DNA of 64,000 nucleotides, from assembly GCA_963799485.1 (NCBI GenBank), contig CAWCXJ010000006.1, forward strand, positions 608,001-672,000, written 5' to 3'. This DNA comes from an uncultured Trueperaceae bacterium. Its GTDB lineage: Bacteria; Deinococcota; Deinococci; Deinococcales; Trueperaceae. Positions within the stretch are counted from its first letter, which is position 1. The number at the start of each line of letters is the position of its first letter. This document shows, piece after piece, positions 28,420 to 39,500 of this stretch. Below the pieces are notes generated by a model, which was not told the origin of the DNA, ran no database searches, and worked only from the letters and a program-made list of their open reading frames with translations. Made by a program: the position numbers and the translations under genes.

Positions 28420-30225
28420 ATGCAGCAGCAAACAGCAGCCGAACCAGCAGCGCCACCCGAGGGTGCGCCGAGAGCGCGTCCGGAAAAGCTCAACGGGGCG
28501 GCGGCGCTTCTTTACGCGCTCGAGCTCGAGGGTGTCAACCTCGTCTTCGGGCACCCCGGCGGCGCAATCATGCCGACCTACGACGCCCTTTACGATTCGC
28601 CTATCAAGCACATTCTGGTTCGCCACGAACAGGCGGGCGCACACGCTGCCGACGCTTACTACCGCGCTTCGGGCCGGGTCGGGGTGTGTTTTGCCACCTC
28701 GGGGCCGGGGGCGACAAACCTTGTTACAGGTTTGGCGACGGCGCACATGGATTCGTCGGCGGTCGTTGCGGTGACGGGGAATGTGCCCTCAACTTTAATC
28801 GGTACCGACGCCTTTCAGGAGGCGGACGTATACGGCATCACCTTGCCCGTCACGAAGCACAACTACCTTGTCAAACACGTCAACGACATCCCCAAAATCG
28901 TCCGCGAAGCGTTTCATATCGCCTCGACGGGGCGTCCGGGGCCGGTACTGATCGATATTCCCAAAGATATTCAGCAGGCCGAGTTTACGGGCAGTTTTGA
29001 GACGGAACTTTCGCTGCCCGGTTACAAACCCACCGCAATTGGTCACGGAAAACAGATCAAGCGCGCCGCCGAAGCGATTCGCGCCGCCGAACGCCCCATC
29101 ATGATGGTCGGCGGCGGCGGTCAGGTCGCTGCGCCGGAGATCGCCGCCTTCGCCGAACGCACCGGGATTCCGGTCATCACCACGCTGATGGGCCTGGGCG
29201 CGTACCCTGCCGGAGCTGACAATGCCCTCGGAATGCCGGGGATGCACGGCACCGTCACCGCCAACCGCGCCATCACCCATTCCGATTTGGTCATCGGCGC
29301 AGGTTTACGCTTTGACGACCGCGTAACCGGCAATATCAAACGCTTTGCGCCGAACGCGACGATTGTCCACATAGATATTGACCCGGCCGAGATTTCCAAA
29401 CTCGTCAAGGCGCACGTGCCGGTTGTGGGCGACCTGCGCGACGTGCTGCCGCGGCTCGGGGGGATGCTTAACGAACTCACCATCCCTAAGTGGTGGGCGC
29501 AGCTCTCCGAGTGGAAAGGCATGTACCCCGAGCGCATCAAAAAAGATAAACCGCTCGTCTCTCAAGAGGTCATTCAGCTCTTCCAGCGCACCACGGGCGG
29601 CGACTGCGTGGTTACGACCGAGGTCGGTCAACACCAGATGTTCGCGGCAAGATTATTTGCTACCAATGCGCCGCGCAGCTTTATCACCTCGGGCGGCCTC
29701 GGCACGATGGGCTTCGGCCTGCCCGCCGCCATCGGCGCAGCGTTCGCCCGGCCCGACAAGCAGATTGTCTGCATCGCCGGAGACGGCTCCGTGCAGATGA
29801 ACATCCAGGAACTCGCCACCATCTACAAGCATCAGCTGCCGATTGTGATTGCGATTTGTAACAACGGAATGCTCGGGATGGTGCGGCAGTGGCAGGAGAT
29901 GTTTCACGCGCAGCGTTACAGCGAGGTCTACTTAGCCGACTCGAACCCGGACTTTGCCAAACTCGCCGAAGCTTACGGTTTGGACGGCTACAACGTCTTT
30001 GACCGTGACGAAGCGGCGCGGCTTATCCCTGAAGTGTTGGCCAAAGGCAAACCTGCGGTGATGAACTTCGTCGTATACGAGGCCGAAAAGGTCTTCCCGA
30101 TGGTGCCTTCGGGTGCAGGCGTTGACGAGATGCTGATCGGCGACCAGGAACCTGAAGAGGTTACGGCGCAAGAGGCCCTCAAAACCGAAGAGCAGACCGA
30201 CGAAGAGCCCGTGGCGGGCAGCTGA
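28420..30225 (+). CDS. ilvB: Acetolactate synthase large subunit
   Basis: RHEQ, TSGPGATN, GRPGPVLID, GGLGTMGFG, GDGS...NN ThDP motif. Confidence 0.96.
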   Translation: MQQQTAAEPAAPPEGAPRARPEKLNGAAALLYALELEGVNLVFGHPGGAIMPTYDALYDSPIKHILVRHEQAGAHAADAYYRASGRVGVCFATSGPGATNLVTGLATAHMDSSAVVAVTGNVPSTLIGTDAFQEADVYGITLPVTKHNYLVKHVNDIPKIVREAFHIASTGRPGPVLIDIPKDIQQAEFTGSFETELSLPGYKPTAIGHGKQIKRAAEAIRAAERPIMMVGGGGQVAAPEIAAFAERTGIPVITTLMGLGAYPAGADNALGMPGMHGTVTANRAITHSDLVIGAGLRFDDRVTGNIKRFAPNATIVHIDIDPAEISKLVKAHVPVVGDLRDVLPRLGGMLNELTIPKWWAQLSEWKGMYPERIKKDKPLVSQEVIQLFQRTTGGDCVVTTEVGQHQMFAARLFATNAPRSFITSGGLGTMGFGLPAAIGAAFARPDKQIVCIAGDGSVQMNIQELATIYKHQLPIVIAICNNGMLGMVRQWQEMFHAQRYSEVYLADSNPDFAKLAEAYGLDGYNVFDRDEAARLIPEVLAKGKPAVMNFVVYEAEKVFPMVPSGAGVDEMLIGDQEPEEVTAQEALKTEEQTDEEPVAGS

Positions 30226-30749
30226 TGACGCAGCACGTTTTGAGCGTGACCGTCCGTGATGAACCGGGCGTACTGATGCGAATCGCCGGACTCTTTGCGC
30301 GGCGCGGTTTCAACATCGAGTCGCTGTCGGTCGCGCAGTCTGAAATACCGGGCGTCTCACGCACGACCTTTACGGTTTCCGGTGAAGACGCCAGCATCGA
30401 GCAGGTGCAGAAGCAGTTACAAAAACTCATTGACGTCATTAAAGTCATCGACCACTCCGAAGCCAAGTTTGTTGACCGCGAGCTGATGTTGATTAAAGTT
30501 TCGGTGCGTTCGCCCGAAGACCGCGTAGAACTCCGGCAGATTGCCCAGGACTTTCGGGCCCGCATCGTTGACGTTCACCGGGACGCGCTCGTGTTTGAAG
30601 TGACGGGCGACGCGGGCAAGATGGACGCTTTTATCGAACAGATGCAGCCTTTTGGCATCACTGAACTTATCCGCACCGGGCGTATTGCGCTGACGCGCAG
30701 CGCCGCTGACAGCAGAGTGACCAGCAGACAAACTTTCAAAGCCGCTTAA
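30225..30749 (+). CDS. ilvN: Acetolactate synthase small subunit
   Basis: ACT domain [23 protein letters not shown]. Confidence 0.96.
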   Translation: MTQHVLSVTVRDEPGVLMRIAGLFARRGFNIESLSVAQSEIPGVSRTTFTVSGEDASIEQVQKQLQKLIDVIKVIDHSEAKFVDRELMLIKVSVRSPEDRVELRQIAQDFRARIVDVHRDALVFEVTGDAGKMDAFIEQMQPFGITELIRTGRIALTRSAADSRVTSRQTFKAA

Positions 30750-30766
30750 AAGGAGCATTCATTTAC

Positions 30767-31765
30767 ATGGCCAACATCTATTACGACAGCGACGCAAATA
30801 TGTCTCACTTAGAGGGTAAAACCGTTTCAATTCTAGGATACGGCGCACAAGGACACGCGCACGCCCTGAACGCTAAAGAGTCGGGAGCGAACGTCGTCGT
30901 CGGTCTCCGCAAAGGGTCGGCAAGCTGGGCCAAAGCGGAAAACTCGGGACTTACGGTGATGGAGGTTCCCGAAGCGGCCAAAGCGGGCGACCTCATTATG
31001 ATTCTCTTGCCCGACGAAACGCAGGGACAGGTTTACCGCGAGCAGATTGCACCGTATCTCGAGGCCGACAACGCGCTCCTCTTCGCCCACGGCTTCAATA
31101 TCCATTTCGGTCAGATTCAGCCGCCCGAAAACGTTGACGTGCTGATGGTCGCGCCTAAAGGCCCCGGCGAACTCGTTCGCAGAACGTTTACGCAAGGTGG
31201 CGGCGTCCCTTGCCTGATTGCGGTGCATCAGGACGCGACCGGTACAGCGAAACAGCGTGGTCTGGCCTACGCCAAAGCTATCGGTGGGACTCGCGGCGGC
31301 GTTTTGGAAACGACCTTTACCGAAGAAACCGAAACCGACCTTTTTGGTGAGCAAGCGGTGCTTTGTGGCGGCGTCACCGAGCTGATGCGTTCAGGGTTTG
31401 AAACGCTTGTCGAGGCGGGTTATCAACCCGAAAGTGCGTACTTCGAGTGCGTTCACGAGATGAAGCTCATCGTTGACCTGATTTACGAGGGTGGTTTTGA
31501 AAAGATGCGTGACGTAATTTCAAACACTGCCGAGTACGGCGACTACGTGACCGGGCCGCGCATTATCACCGACGAAACAAGGGCCGAGATGAAACGCGTT
31601 TTACGCGATATTCAGCAGGGCAAGTTCGCTCGAGACTTCCTCTTGGAAAACCAGGTCGGGCAACCTACCCTCAAAGCCGGACGGCGCGCCACCGGTGACT
31701 CGCAAGTCGCCGAGGTCGGCGGCAAGCTCCGGCAGATGATGCCCTTTATCGGTAACAAAGGTTAG
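30767..31765 (+). CDS. ilvC: Ketol-acid reductoisomerase
   Basis: [36 protein letters not shown]. Confidence 0.97.
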   Translation: MANIYYDSDANMSHLEGKTVSILGYGAQGHAHALNAKESGANVVVGLRKGSASWAKAENSGLTVMEVPEAAKAGDLIMILLPDETQGQVYREQIAPYLEADNALLFAHGFNIHFGQIQPPENVDVLMVAPKGPGELVRRTFTQGGGVPCLIAVHQDATGTAKQRGLAYAKAIGGTRGGVLETTFTEETETDLFGEQAVLCGGVTELMRSGFETLVEAGYQPESAYFECVHEMKLIVDLIYEGGFEKMRDVISNTAEYGDYVTGPRIITDETRAEMKRVLRDIQQGKFARDFLLENQVGQPTLKAGRRATGDSQVAEVGGKLRQMMPFIGNKG

Positions 31766-31874
31766 TCCGATGTGGGTCGAGGGCGCGTTTTTAATCGGGA
31801 ATAACCTGCGACTACCGTAGTTTTTGCTGCTTGCTTGAACCACGCCCTCGACCTCTATCAGAAAGGACAACCCT

Positions 31875-33455
31875 ATGGCTTACGTTAAAATTTTTGACAC
31901 AACTTTACGAGACGGTGAACAGTCTCCCGGCGTCGCGCTCAACACCGGGCAAAAGCTCGAGATCGCTCACGCTTTGGCGCGTTTGGGTGTAGACATCATC
32001 GAAGCAGGCTTTCCCATTGCCAGCGACGGCGACTTCGACTGCGTGTACCAGATTGCCAGAGAGGTCAAAGGCCCGGTGATTTGCGGTCTGGCCCGGACGC
32101 ATAAAATGGATATCGAGCGGGCGGCGCAGGCTATTGAACCCGCCGAGCGGGGCCGGATTCACACCTTTACGAGCGCGTCGAAGGTGCACCTCGAGTACAT
32201 CCTCAAAAAGACCGAGGACGAGGTTTTGGAGCTGTCCGACGAGATGGTGCGGTATGCCAAACGCTTTACGGACGACGTGGAGTTTTCTGCCCAAGACTGT
32301 ATGCGGGCAAGTCCCGAGTTCGTTTACAAGCTCGTCCGGACGGCGATTGCAGCGGGCGCGACGACCGTCAACATCCCCGATACGACCGGTTACGGCACGC
32401 CCGAAGAGTACGGCGCACTCATCAAGAGCATCTTTAAGAATGTTCCTGAAGCCCATGACGTTTCAATCTCAACGCACTGCCATGACGATTTAGGGATGGC
32501 GGTCGCCAACAGCCTCGCCGCCGTCGAAAACGGTGCCACGCAGATCGAATGTACCGTAAACGGCATCGGCGAGCGGGCGGGGAACACCTCGCTCGAGGAG
32601 TGCGTGATGGCGCTCTATACCCGCCGCGACCATTACGGCGCGGACATCGGCGTCCAGACCAAAGAGCTGTATAACGTCTCGAGGCTCGTACAGCGGCACA
32701 CCGGCATGATGGTGCCGCCCAATAAAGCCATCGTCGGGGATAATGCTTTCGCTCACGAGTCGGGCATCCACCAGGACGGCGTGCTGAAGCACAAGCAAAC
32801 GTACGAAATCATGAACGCCGAACTCGTCGGACGCGAGGCGGGCGTGTTGGTCATGGGCAAACATTCGGGCCGTCACGCCTTCAAAAAGGCGCTTGTAGAT
32901 ATGGGCTACGATTTAGAGAACGAAGTCCCCGACTACGGTATCAGCGCGGACTCGGTCGATGTGTTGTTCAAACGCTTCAAGGATTTGGCCGATCGCAAGG
33001 GGGCTGTCAACACCGACGACATCCGCGCGTTAGTTGAAAACGAAGTGATGAAAGTCGCGGAGACGTACCGGCTCGAGCACGTCCAGTTTCAGTCCGGCAC
33101 CGGTGAGATGACGCCTTCGGCTTTGGTGCGCCTCAGCACACCTGAAGGTACGCTGGCAGAAACCGCTTTGGGTGACGGCCCGGTAGACGCCGCGTTCAAG
33201 GCGCTCGGCAAGCTGACGCCGGTGCCGTTTGTTCTGGAGTCTTACGACCTCAAAGCTATCGGTAAAGGCACCGACGCGCTCGGTGAAGTTTCGATTCGCG
33301 TCAACAGCGACGGGCAAATTGTCCACGGACGGGCGATTTCGACCGATGTGGTTCACGCGTCGGTCTTGGCCTATGTTGACGTTCTCAACAAACTGGCGGC
33401 GGGGGTCGGGCGCAATAAGGCGGCGGCGAACCAGATTACGATGACGACGCCGTAA
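31875..33455 (+). CDS. leuA: 2-isopropylmalate synthase
   Basis: [36 protein letters not shown] and regulatory domain GDGPVDA. Confidence 0.96.
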   Translation: MAYVKIFDTTLRDGEQSPGVALNTGQKLEIAHALARLGVDIIEAGFPIASDGDFDCVYQIAREVKGPVICGLARTHKMDIERAAQAIEPAERGRIHTFTSASKVHLEYILKKTEDEVLELSDEMVRYAKRFTDDVEFSAQDCMRASPEFVYKLVRTAIAAGATTVNIPDTTGYGTPEEYGALIKSIFKNVPEAHDVSISTHCHDDLGMAVANSLAAVENGATQIECTVNGIGERAGNTSLEECVMALYTRRDHYGADIGVQTKELYNVSRLVQRHTGMMVPPNKAIVGDNAFAHESGIHQDGVLKHKQTYEIMNAELVGREAGVLVMGKHSGRHAFKKALVDMGYDLENEVPDYGISADSVDVLFKRFKDLADRKGAVNTDDIRALVENEVMKVAETYRLEHVQFQSGTGEMTPSALVRLSTPEGTLAETALGDGPVDAAFKALGKLTPVPFVLESYDLKAIGKGTDALGEVSIRVNSDGQIVHGRAISTDVVHASVLAYVDVLNKLAAGVGRNKAAANQITMTTP

Positions 33456-33509
33456 ATTGAAAACTAAGAGAACCGCGACAAAGCGGTTCTCCTAATAGAA
33501 TCAAGTTAT

Positions 33510-34190
33510 ATGAGTATTGTCGAAAAAGTCTGGAGCTTCGAAATTCACCTATTTCCGGTGATGGTAGGTCTAATGTTATATGAAGTTCCAGCATTATTGA
33601 GAAGACTCAGAAAGGTTTATTACGTCCCTGTATACTTTTCCGTTTTTCCTTTTCGCGCAATCAACCAACAGTTGAGCACCTATCTAGCAGATGATTTCTT
33701 AGGAATAGGCGAGAATTTAGGGAAGAAAGTTGTAGAACGGCTACGTCGCCGCTTAATTTTTACATCGGTAGTATCTGCTTTCCTTGACGCAATTCTAATA
33801 CCTTTAGTTTTCGGTTCCCTAGCTGCTTTCCTATACTCTCGAGAATTGCTAATAGAATTTATTGCAGTCTTCATAACTTTCAAGTTTGTGCTTATTACCA
33901 GTTCAGTATGGCGGTTCCACTATTTTTCTGTAGCCTCGTCTAGTAAAACTTTTCTTTTAGCTTTGGTCTACATGGCTTACATTTATGTAGCAGTTCAGAT
34001 GATGCTTACAGGGTATCAGTGGGCTTCCCCTTTCGTGCTAGCAAATGATTGGTTAGGTCTATTTCAGTCTTTCAATCGAATTGTTGTTCGTAGATTTCTC
34101 GTGCAAGGAATATTCTTTGTTGTTTTCGTTGCGTTCTTTACTAACTACCTTGCTGATAGAGAATTGAGGGCGGAGAACCAATCACGTTGA
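33510..34190 (+). CDS. Hypothetical multi-pass membrane protein, AT-rich insert gene 1
   Basis: 226 aa with about 5 hydrophobic segments; composition clearly more AT-rich than the flanks. Confidence 0.75.
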   Translation: MSIVEKVWSFEIHLFPVMVGLMLYEVPALLRRLRKVYYVPVYFSVFPFRAINQQLSTYLADDFLGIGENLGKKVVERLRRRLIFTSVVSAFLDAILIPLVFGSLAAFLYSRELLIEFIAVFITFKFVLITSSVWRFHYFSVASSSKTFLLALVYMAYIYVAVQMMLTGYQWASPFVLANDWLGLFQSFNRIVVRRFLVQGIFFVVFVAFFTNYLADRELRAENQSR

Positions 34191-34206
34191 AGTTAGGTGA
34201 GCTATT

Positions 34207-34677
34207 TTGATAGAAGCCGACAAAAAGAAGCTGGAGAGAGATGTTGAGTACCTACTATCTCTAGCGGATTCAAATCACGTTCACACTGTCGCTTTAGTTG
34301 CAACAGAGATGCACTTTAGGACATCCGTAGATAGATTGCTCGAATTCGCAGCATATCCTATTTTATATTGCTGTTTTAGACAACAGCTTCTGCACATGAG
34401 CGTAGGAATATCGCAAATTCAGGTTCAGCACTGGGTGGACTTAGGATTTATCAGGTCTGCTAGACCAAGTCTACGCAACATGCTGGTGTTCTTTGATCCG
34501 AGATTAAACTTGCTTGCATGTGAGGCTTACATTGCTCAACACGCAATAGGGCACAATCCATTCGATTTGCTGTCCTCGTACACCGGGAAGGTAACAACTC
34601 ATCAACTAAGCATTTACATTCATGCGCTGAACTTCTCAAAGAATCTGTGCGAAAGGACAAAGATATGTCTAGATTGA
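34207..34677 (+). CDS. Hypothetical lysozyme/SLT-fold-like protein, AT-rich insert gene 2
   Basis: TTG start with AGGTGA RBS; ordered motifs LVATE, SVGISQI, DPRLNLLACEAYI, LLSSYTG; the 3' end overlaps the cimA start. Confidence 0.6.
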   Translation: MIEADKKKLERDVEYLLSLADSNHVHTVALVATEMHFRTSVDRLLEFAAYPILYCCFRQQLLHMSVGISQIQVQHWVDLGFIRSARPSLRNMLVFFDPRLNLLACEAYIAQHAIGHNPFDLLSSYTGKVTTHQLSIYIHALNFSKNLCERTKICLD

Positions 34678-36275
34678 CTATCGAAATCTACGACACTACC
34701 CTCCGTGACGGCACCCAGGGCACCGGCTTCAGCCTCACCTCGGATGATAAAGTCGCCATTGCCAAACGTCTGGACGCCTTTGGCGTCGATGTCATCGAAG
34801 GGGGCTGGCCGGGGTCGAACCCTAAAGATGCTGATTTTTTTGAGCGGATGAAGTCGGTAAAACTGGGTCACGCTAGGCTCGCCGCCTTCGGCATGACCCG
34901 CCGTAAAGGGGGCGTCACCGAAGACGACGCCAACCTCAATGCGCTTTTAGACGCCGGTACGCCTATTGTTACGGTGGTCGGCAAATCGTGGACGCTCCAC
35001 GTGACCGAAGCGCTCGGGACGACCCTCGACGAAAACCTCGCCATGATTCGGGATTCGGTGGCGTATCTGCACGCTCGGGGGCGCGAGGTCTTTTACGACG
35101 CCGAACACTTTTTTGACGGTTATGTGGCGGACGCCGAGTACGCTTTGGCAACCTTGCGTGCAGCCGCCGAAGGAGGCGCGTCGCGCCTGATCCTTTGCGA
35201 TACGAACGGTGGGTCGTTGCCTGCTCATGTCGCCGAGGTTACGGCCCACGTTCACGAAACTTTTGGCGTCACCATCGGGATTCACACTCACAACGACGCC
35301 GAGCTTGCCGTCGCCAACACGCTCTCGGGTATCGGGGCCGGGGCGCGGCAAGTCCAGGGAACGATTAACGGCTACGGCGAACGCGCAGGCAACACGAACC
35401 TCATCAGCGTGATTCCGGCACTTACGTTCAAGCTTGGGTACACACAACCGCAAGATTTGACGCAGCTCCGTGAGCTTTCGCGCTACATCGACGAACGCGC
35501 CAACATGCAGCCCAACATCCGCGCACCTTACGTCGGTGACGCAGCCTTCGCCCACAAAGGCGGGATGCACGTGTCGGCGGTCAACAAAAATCCCGAAACG
35601 TACGAACATATCCCGCCGGAATCGGTCGGGAATATTCGGCAAGTCCTCTTGTCCGACCTCTCGGGCCGCGCCAATGTGCTGGCGAAATCGGCAGGGGGCG
35701 CGCCCGAAGAGGTGGCGGCGGTTGTCGAACGGCTCAAAGAACTCGAGCACCGTGGTTACGCCTTTGAAGGGGCCGAAGCGAGTTTTCAGCTGATGAGTCA
35801 AAAGGTGCGCGGGCACTACCGCTCGTATTTTACGCTCCACGGCTACAAGGTCTTGATCGACAAACGCGACAGCGACTTCGTACCGTATTCCGAAGCGAGT
35901 GTGCAGCTCGAGGTCGGTGGACAGCTTGAACACACCGCCGCCACCGGTGACGGCCCGGTCAACGCGCTCGACCGGGCGCTCGGCAAGGCGCTCGGGCGGT
36001 TTTATCCGACGGTGCGCGAGCTGAAACTGACCGACTACAAGGTGCGGGTGTTGTCGGGAGGAGAAACCGGGACGTCCAGCGTCGTCCGGGTGCAAGTCGA
36101 AACGACGGATGGGGTTGACACCTGGGGAACGGTCGGCGCGAGCAGCGACATCATCGACGCGTCTTACGCCGCGCTAATCGACGCCATCGAGTACAAGCTC
36201 ACTAAAGACAAGGTTGCACCACAAAAAGACGCTGTAACGACCACTGCAACGACCGCCGCAACGACCACTGTATAA
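34665..36275 (+). CDS. cimA: Citramalate synthase
   Basis: YDTTLRDGTQ, EGGWPGSNPKD, DAEHFFDG, LCDTNGG, AFAHKGGMH; start reassigned to ATG 34665 after GAAAGGA. Confidence 0.93.
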   Translation: MSRLTIEIYDTTLRDGTQGTGFSLTSDDKVAIAKRLDAFGVDVIEGGWPGSNPKDADFFERMKSVKLGHARLAAFGMTRRKGGVTEDDANLNALLDAGTPIVTVVGKSWTLHVTEALGTTLDENLAMIRDSVAYLHARGREVFYDAEHFFDGYVADAEYALATLRAAAEGGASRLILCDTNGGSLPAHVAEVTAHVHETFGVTIGIHTHNDAELAVANTLSGIGAGARQVQGTINGYGERAGNTNLISVIPALTFKLGYTQPQDLTQLRELSRYIDERANMQPNIRAPYVGDAAFAHKGGMHVSAVNKNPETYEHIPPESVGNIRQVLLSDLSGRANVLAKSAGGAPEEVAAVVERLKELEHRGYAFEGAEASFQLMSQKVRGHYRSYFTLHGYKVLIDKRDSDFVPYSEASVQLEVGGQLEHTAATGDGPVNALDRALGKALGRFYPTVRELKLTDYKVRVLSGGETGTSSVVRVQVETTDGVDTWGTVGASSDIIDASYAALIDAIEYKLTKDKVAPQKDAVTTTATTAATTTV

Positions 36276-36380
36276 ATGGTAGATTATACAAGTTTTTGTC
36301 CGAGTTTGGCTCGAGTTCACTGTTGGACAAAGCTTCGTAAAAGTTACCCGTTATAATGTTGTGCTGTTGTTGCATGAAAA

Positions 36381-36410
36381 TTGACAGCTCTACGGTATAA
36401 CCGCTAAAAT
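36381..36410 (+). promoter_or_regulatory. Candidate gltB promoter
   Basis: TTGACA-18 bp-TAAAAT. Confidence 0.55.
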
Positions 36411-36578
36411 TAAGAGCGCTGCTAGTCAGCCCCTGTTACTCATGTTGTCACTACCTGTCGCCCCATCCGGCGACGCTTGAGCCGACGCCTTATCTACCAA
36501 AACGGCAGGTACCGAGTAGCTGTCAGTTTGACCGTCACTCCCCTTTTCAAACCGTCTCTGCACGAAAGGAGCGCCCCT

Positions 36579-39500
36579 TTGAAATCCGATTTTGCTACCT
36601 TAGCCTGGCCCGATGAACGCGACGCTTGCGGCGTAGGCTTTGTCGCCGATACCCACGGGCGCAAGTCGCATACCGTTTTAACGCACGCGCTTACGGCGCT
36701 CGACAACCTCAGTCACCGCGGCGCGGTCAGTGCCGACGGGCTGACCGGCGACGGCGCGGGCGTCCTGACACAGTTGCCTCATAAACTCTTTCGGCGTGAA
36801 CTCGAGGCTCAGGGCGTCACGCTAGAGCATGATTCCGACCTCGCCGTCGGCGTGTTTTTTGTCTCGAACGCGTCGCAGTTTGAAGAATTGTACCGCGTCG
36901 CCGGGGAAGAGATTAACGCGTCGCACCTGACGCTCTTGGGCTGGCGCGAAGTCCCTATCGACGTGTCCGCCCTCGGCGACGACGCCCGGGTGCGGCTCCC
37001 GGTGATGCGGCAGGTGTTGCTGGGCCGCCCCGAAGGGCTTGATGACGACGCCTTCGAGCGGCTTTTATACCTGACCCGAAAACGCCTCGAGCGTCGCCTG
37101 TTCGAGACGCAACTCGGCAATTTTTACATCCCCTCGTTTTCGCACCGCACCATCTCATACAAAGGGCTGATGGTCGCGCCGCAACTCCCAAGCTTTTATA
37201 AGGACCTCGCCGACCCGGACTTTGAAACCTCGGTTGCGGTCTTTCACCAACGCTACAGCACCAACACCATGCCGCGGTGGTCGCTCGCGCAGCCGTTCCG
37301 GTTTCTGGCGCACAACGGTGAAATCAATACGCTGCAGGGCAACGTCAACTTTATGCGGGCGCGTGAAGCGGTTTTGGAAAGCGCCCTGTGGGGCGACGAC
37401 GTTGCAGAACTTCTGCCGATTGTCGCCCCCGGCGGCAGCGATTCGGCGGCGCTCGATAACGCTTTTGAGCTGCTCGTCCTGTCGGGCCGCGACCCGATGC
37501 TGGCGCTGATGATGCTCGTGCCTGAAGCCTACGAAGAACTCACCGAGATGAAACCCGACCTGCGCGCCTTTTACGAGTATCACGGCACGCTGATGGAGCC
37601 GTGGGACGGCCCCGCAGCACTGGCGCTAACCGATGGTCGTTACGCCGTGGCCGCGGTTGACCGTAACGGTCTCAGGCCGCAGCGCTACTGGCTGACGCGT
37701 GACGGGTTGGTCGTGGTGGGTTCCGAAGCGGGGATGGTGCCGCTGGACGAAGCGGACGTGATTGAAAAGGGGAAGCTCGAGCCCGGTTCAATCCTGGTGG
37801 TTGATACAGTCGAGCAAAAACTCCTGCGTAACGATGAGGTCAAAGCCCGCGTCGCGGCGCAGCATCCTTACGGCGAGTGGTTAGAGGCTCAGGCTCACGC
37901 GCCCGAACGCACGGCTGAGCCCACCGACGGCCTCGCCACGCGTCCCTGGGACGAAGCGGCGCTGCTGCGTTCTCAAAAGATGTTCGGTTACAACGCCGAA
38001 GATTACGACCGCATTCTGGGGCCGATGGCGCTTTCGGGCGACATCCCGGTCGGGTCGATGGGCGACGATACGCCTTTGGCGGTGTTGTCCGAACAGCCGC
38101 AAAGCTTGTTTCGCTACTTCAAGCAGCGTTTCGCGCAGGTGACGAACCCGCCCATCGACCCCCTGCGCGAACGCCTGGTGATGTCCCTGGAGACGCTCGT
38201 CGGGCCGCGCGGGAAGCTCCTGGAAGAAGACCCCAGCTCAGCCCAAGTCGTCGTTTTCCGGTCGCCGGTTGTAGACGAAGCGCAGTTCGCGTGGCTCAAA
38301 GCTCAGGCGTGGCTTAGCCCGACCGTGCTGCAGGCGCGGTTTGCGGTCGCGTCGGGGCCGGAAGGCTTAGAGACCGCCTTGGCTGCCCTTTGCGATGACG
38401 CTGTGCGGGCCGTCGAACAGGGCGCTGGACTCCTCGTGATTTCCGACCGTGAAGGGGGGCCGGAGTGGGCCCCGATACCCAGCTTGCTGGCGACCGCGGC
38501 GGTGCATCACCGGCTGATCGAAACGGGTTTACGGACGCGCACGGCGATTGCGACCGAAGCGGGCGACCTGCGTGAAGACCACCACCTCGCGTGCTTGATC
38601 GGTTACGGCGCGGCGATTGTTCACCCGTATCTGGCGCTCGCGTCGGCCCGCGACGCAGCGGCGAAGGCCAAAGAGCCCGTAGACGAGGTTACGGCGTCAA
38701 AGAACTATTTGAAGGCGCTCGAGAAAGGCCTCTTAAAAATCATGTCCAAAATGGGCATCTCGGCGGTATCTTCGTACCGGGCGGCGCAGATTTTTGAGGC
38801 ACTCGGCGTGTCGCAAACGGTCATCGACCGCTACTTCCGGGGGACGCCGAGCCGTATCGGTGGGGCCGGACTGGAAGCCTTTGCGGTTGATACGCTACAT
38901 TTTCACGCCGAAGCATTCGGCGAAGACCCCAAACTTAAAGACCGGGGTCTGTACCGTTTCCGCAAGGCGGGCGAATACCACGCGCTCAACCCGCTCGTTT
39001 TTAAGGCGCTCCATAAAGCGGTGCGTACCGCGTCGTTTGAAGCTTACGGCGAGTACGCCAAACTGGTCGATGAGCGCCCCGCGTGCAACCTGCGCGATTT
39101 GCTGACCTATAAAAAAGCCGAGATACCACTCCCGCTCGAGGACGTTGAACCCATAGACGCTATCGTCACCCGCTTTACCACCCAGGCCATGAGTCACGGC
39201 TCGGTCTCGCGTGAAACGCACGAAACGCTCGCCATCGCCATGAACCGCCTGCACGCCAAGAGCAATTCGGGTGAGGGCGGCGAAGACGCCAGACGCTTCA
39301 AGCCCTACACGCGCGATATGCCCGAGTTGTCGCACGCGCCGTGGTATCCGCAAAAAGGCGACTGGGGCAACAGCGCCATCAAACAGGTGGCCTCAGGGCG
39401 TTTCGGGGTGACACCTGAGTATTTGGTTTCGGCACAGGAGCTCGAGATCAAGATGGCACAGGGCTCAAAACCGGGCGAAGGTGGACAGATTCCCGGTCAC

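Noticed and set aside
34947..36095. Long antisense ORFs (382 aa here; also 8672-9688, 2854-3603 and others)
   Set aside because: Shadow frames opposite well-supported genes, expected in GC-rich DNA.
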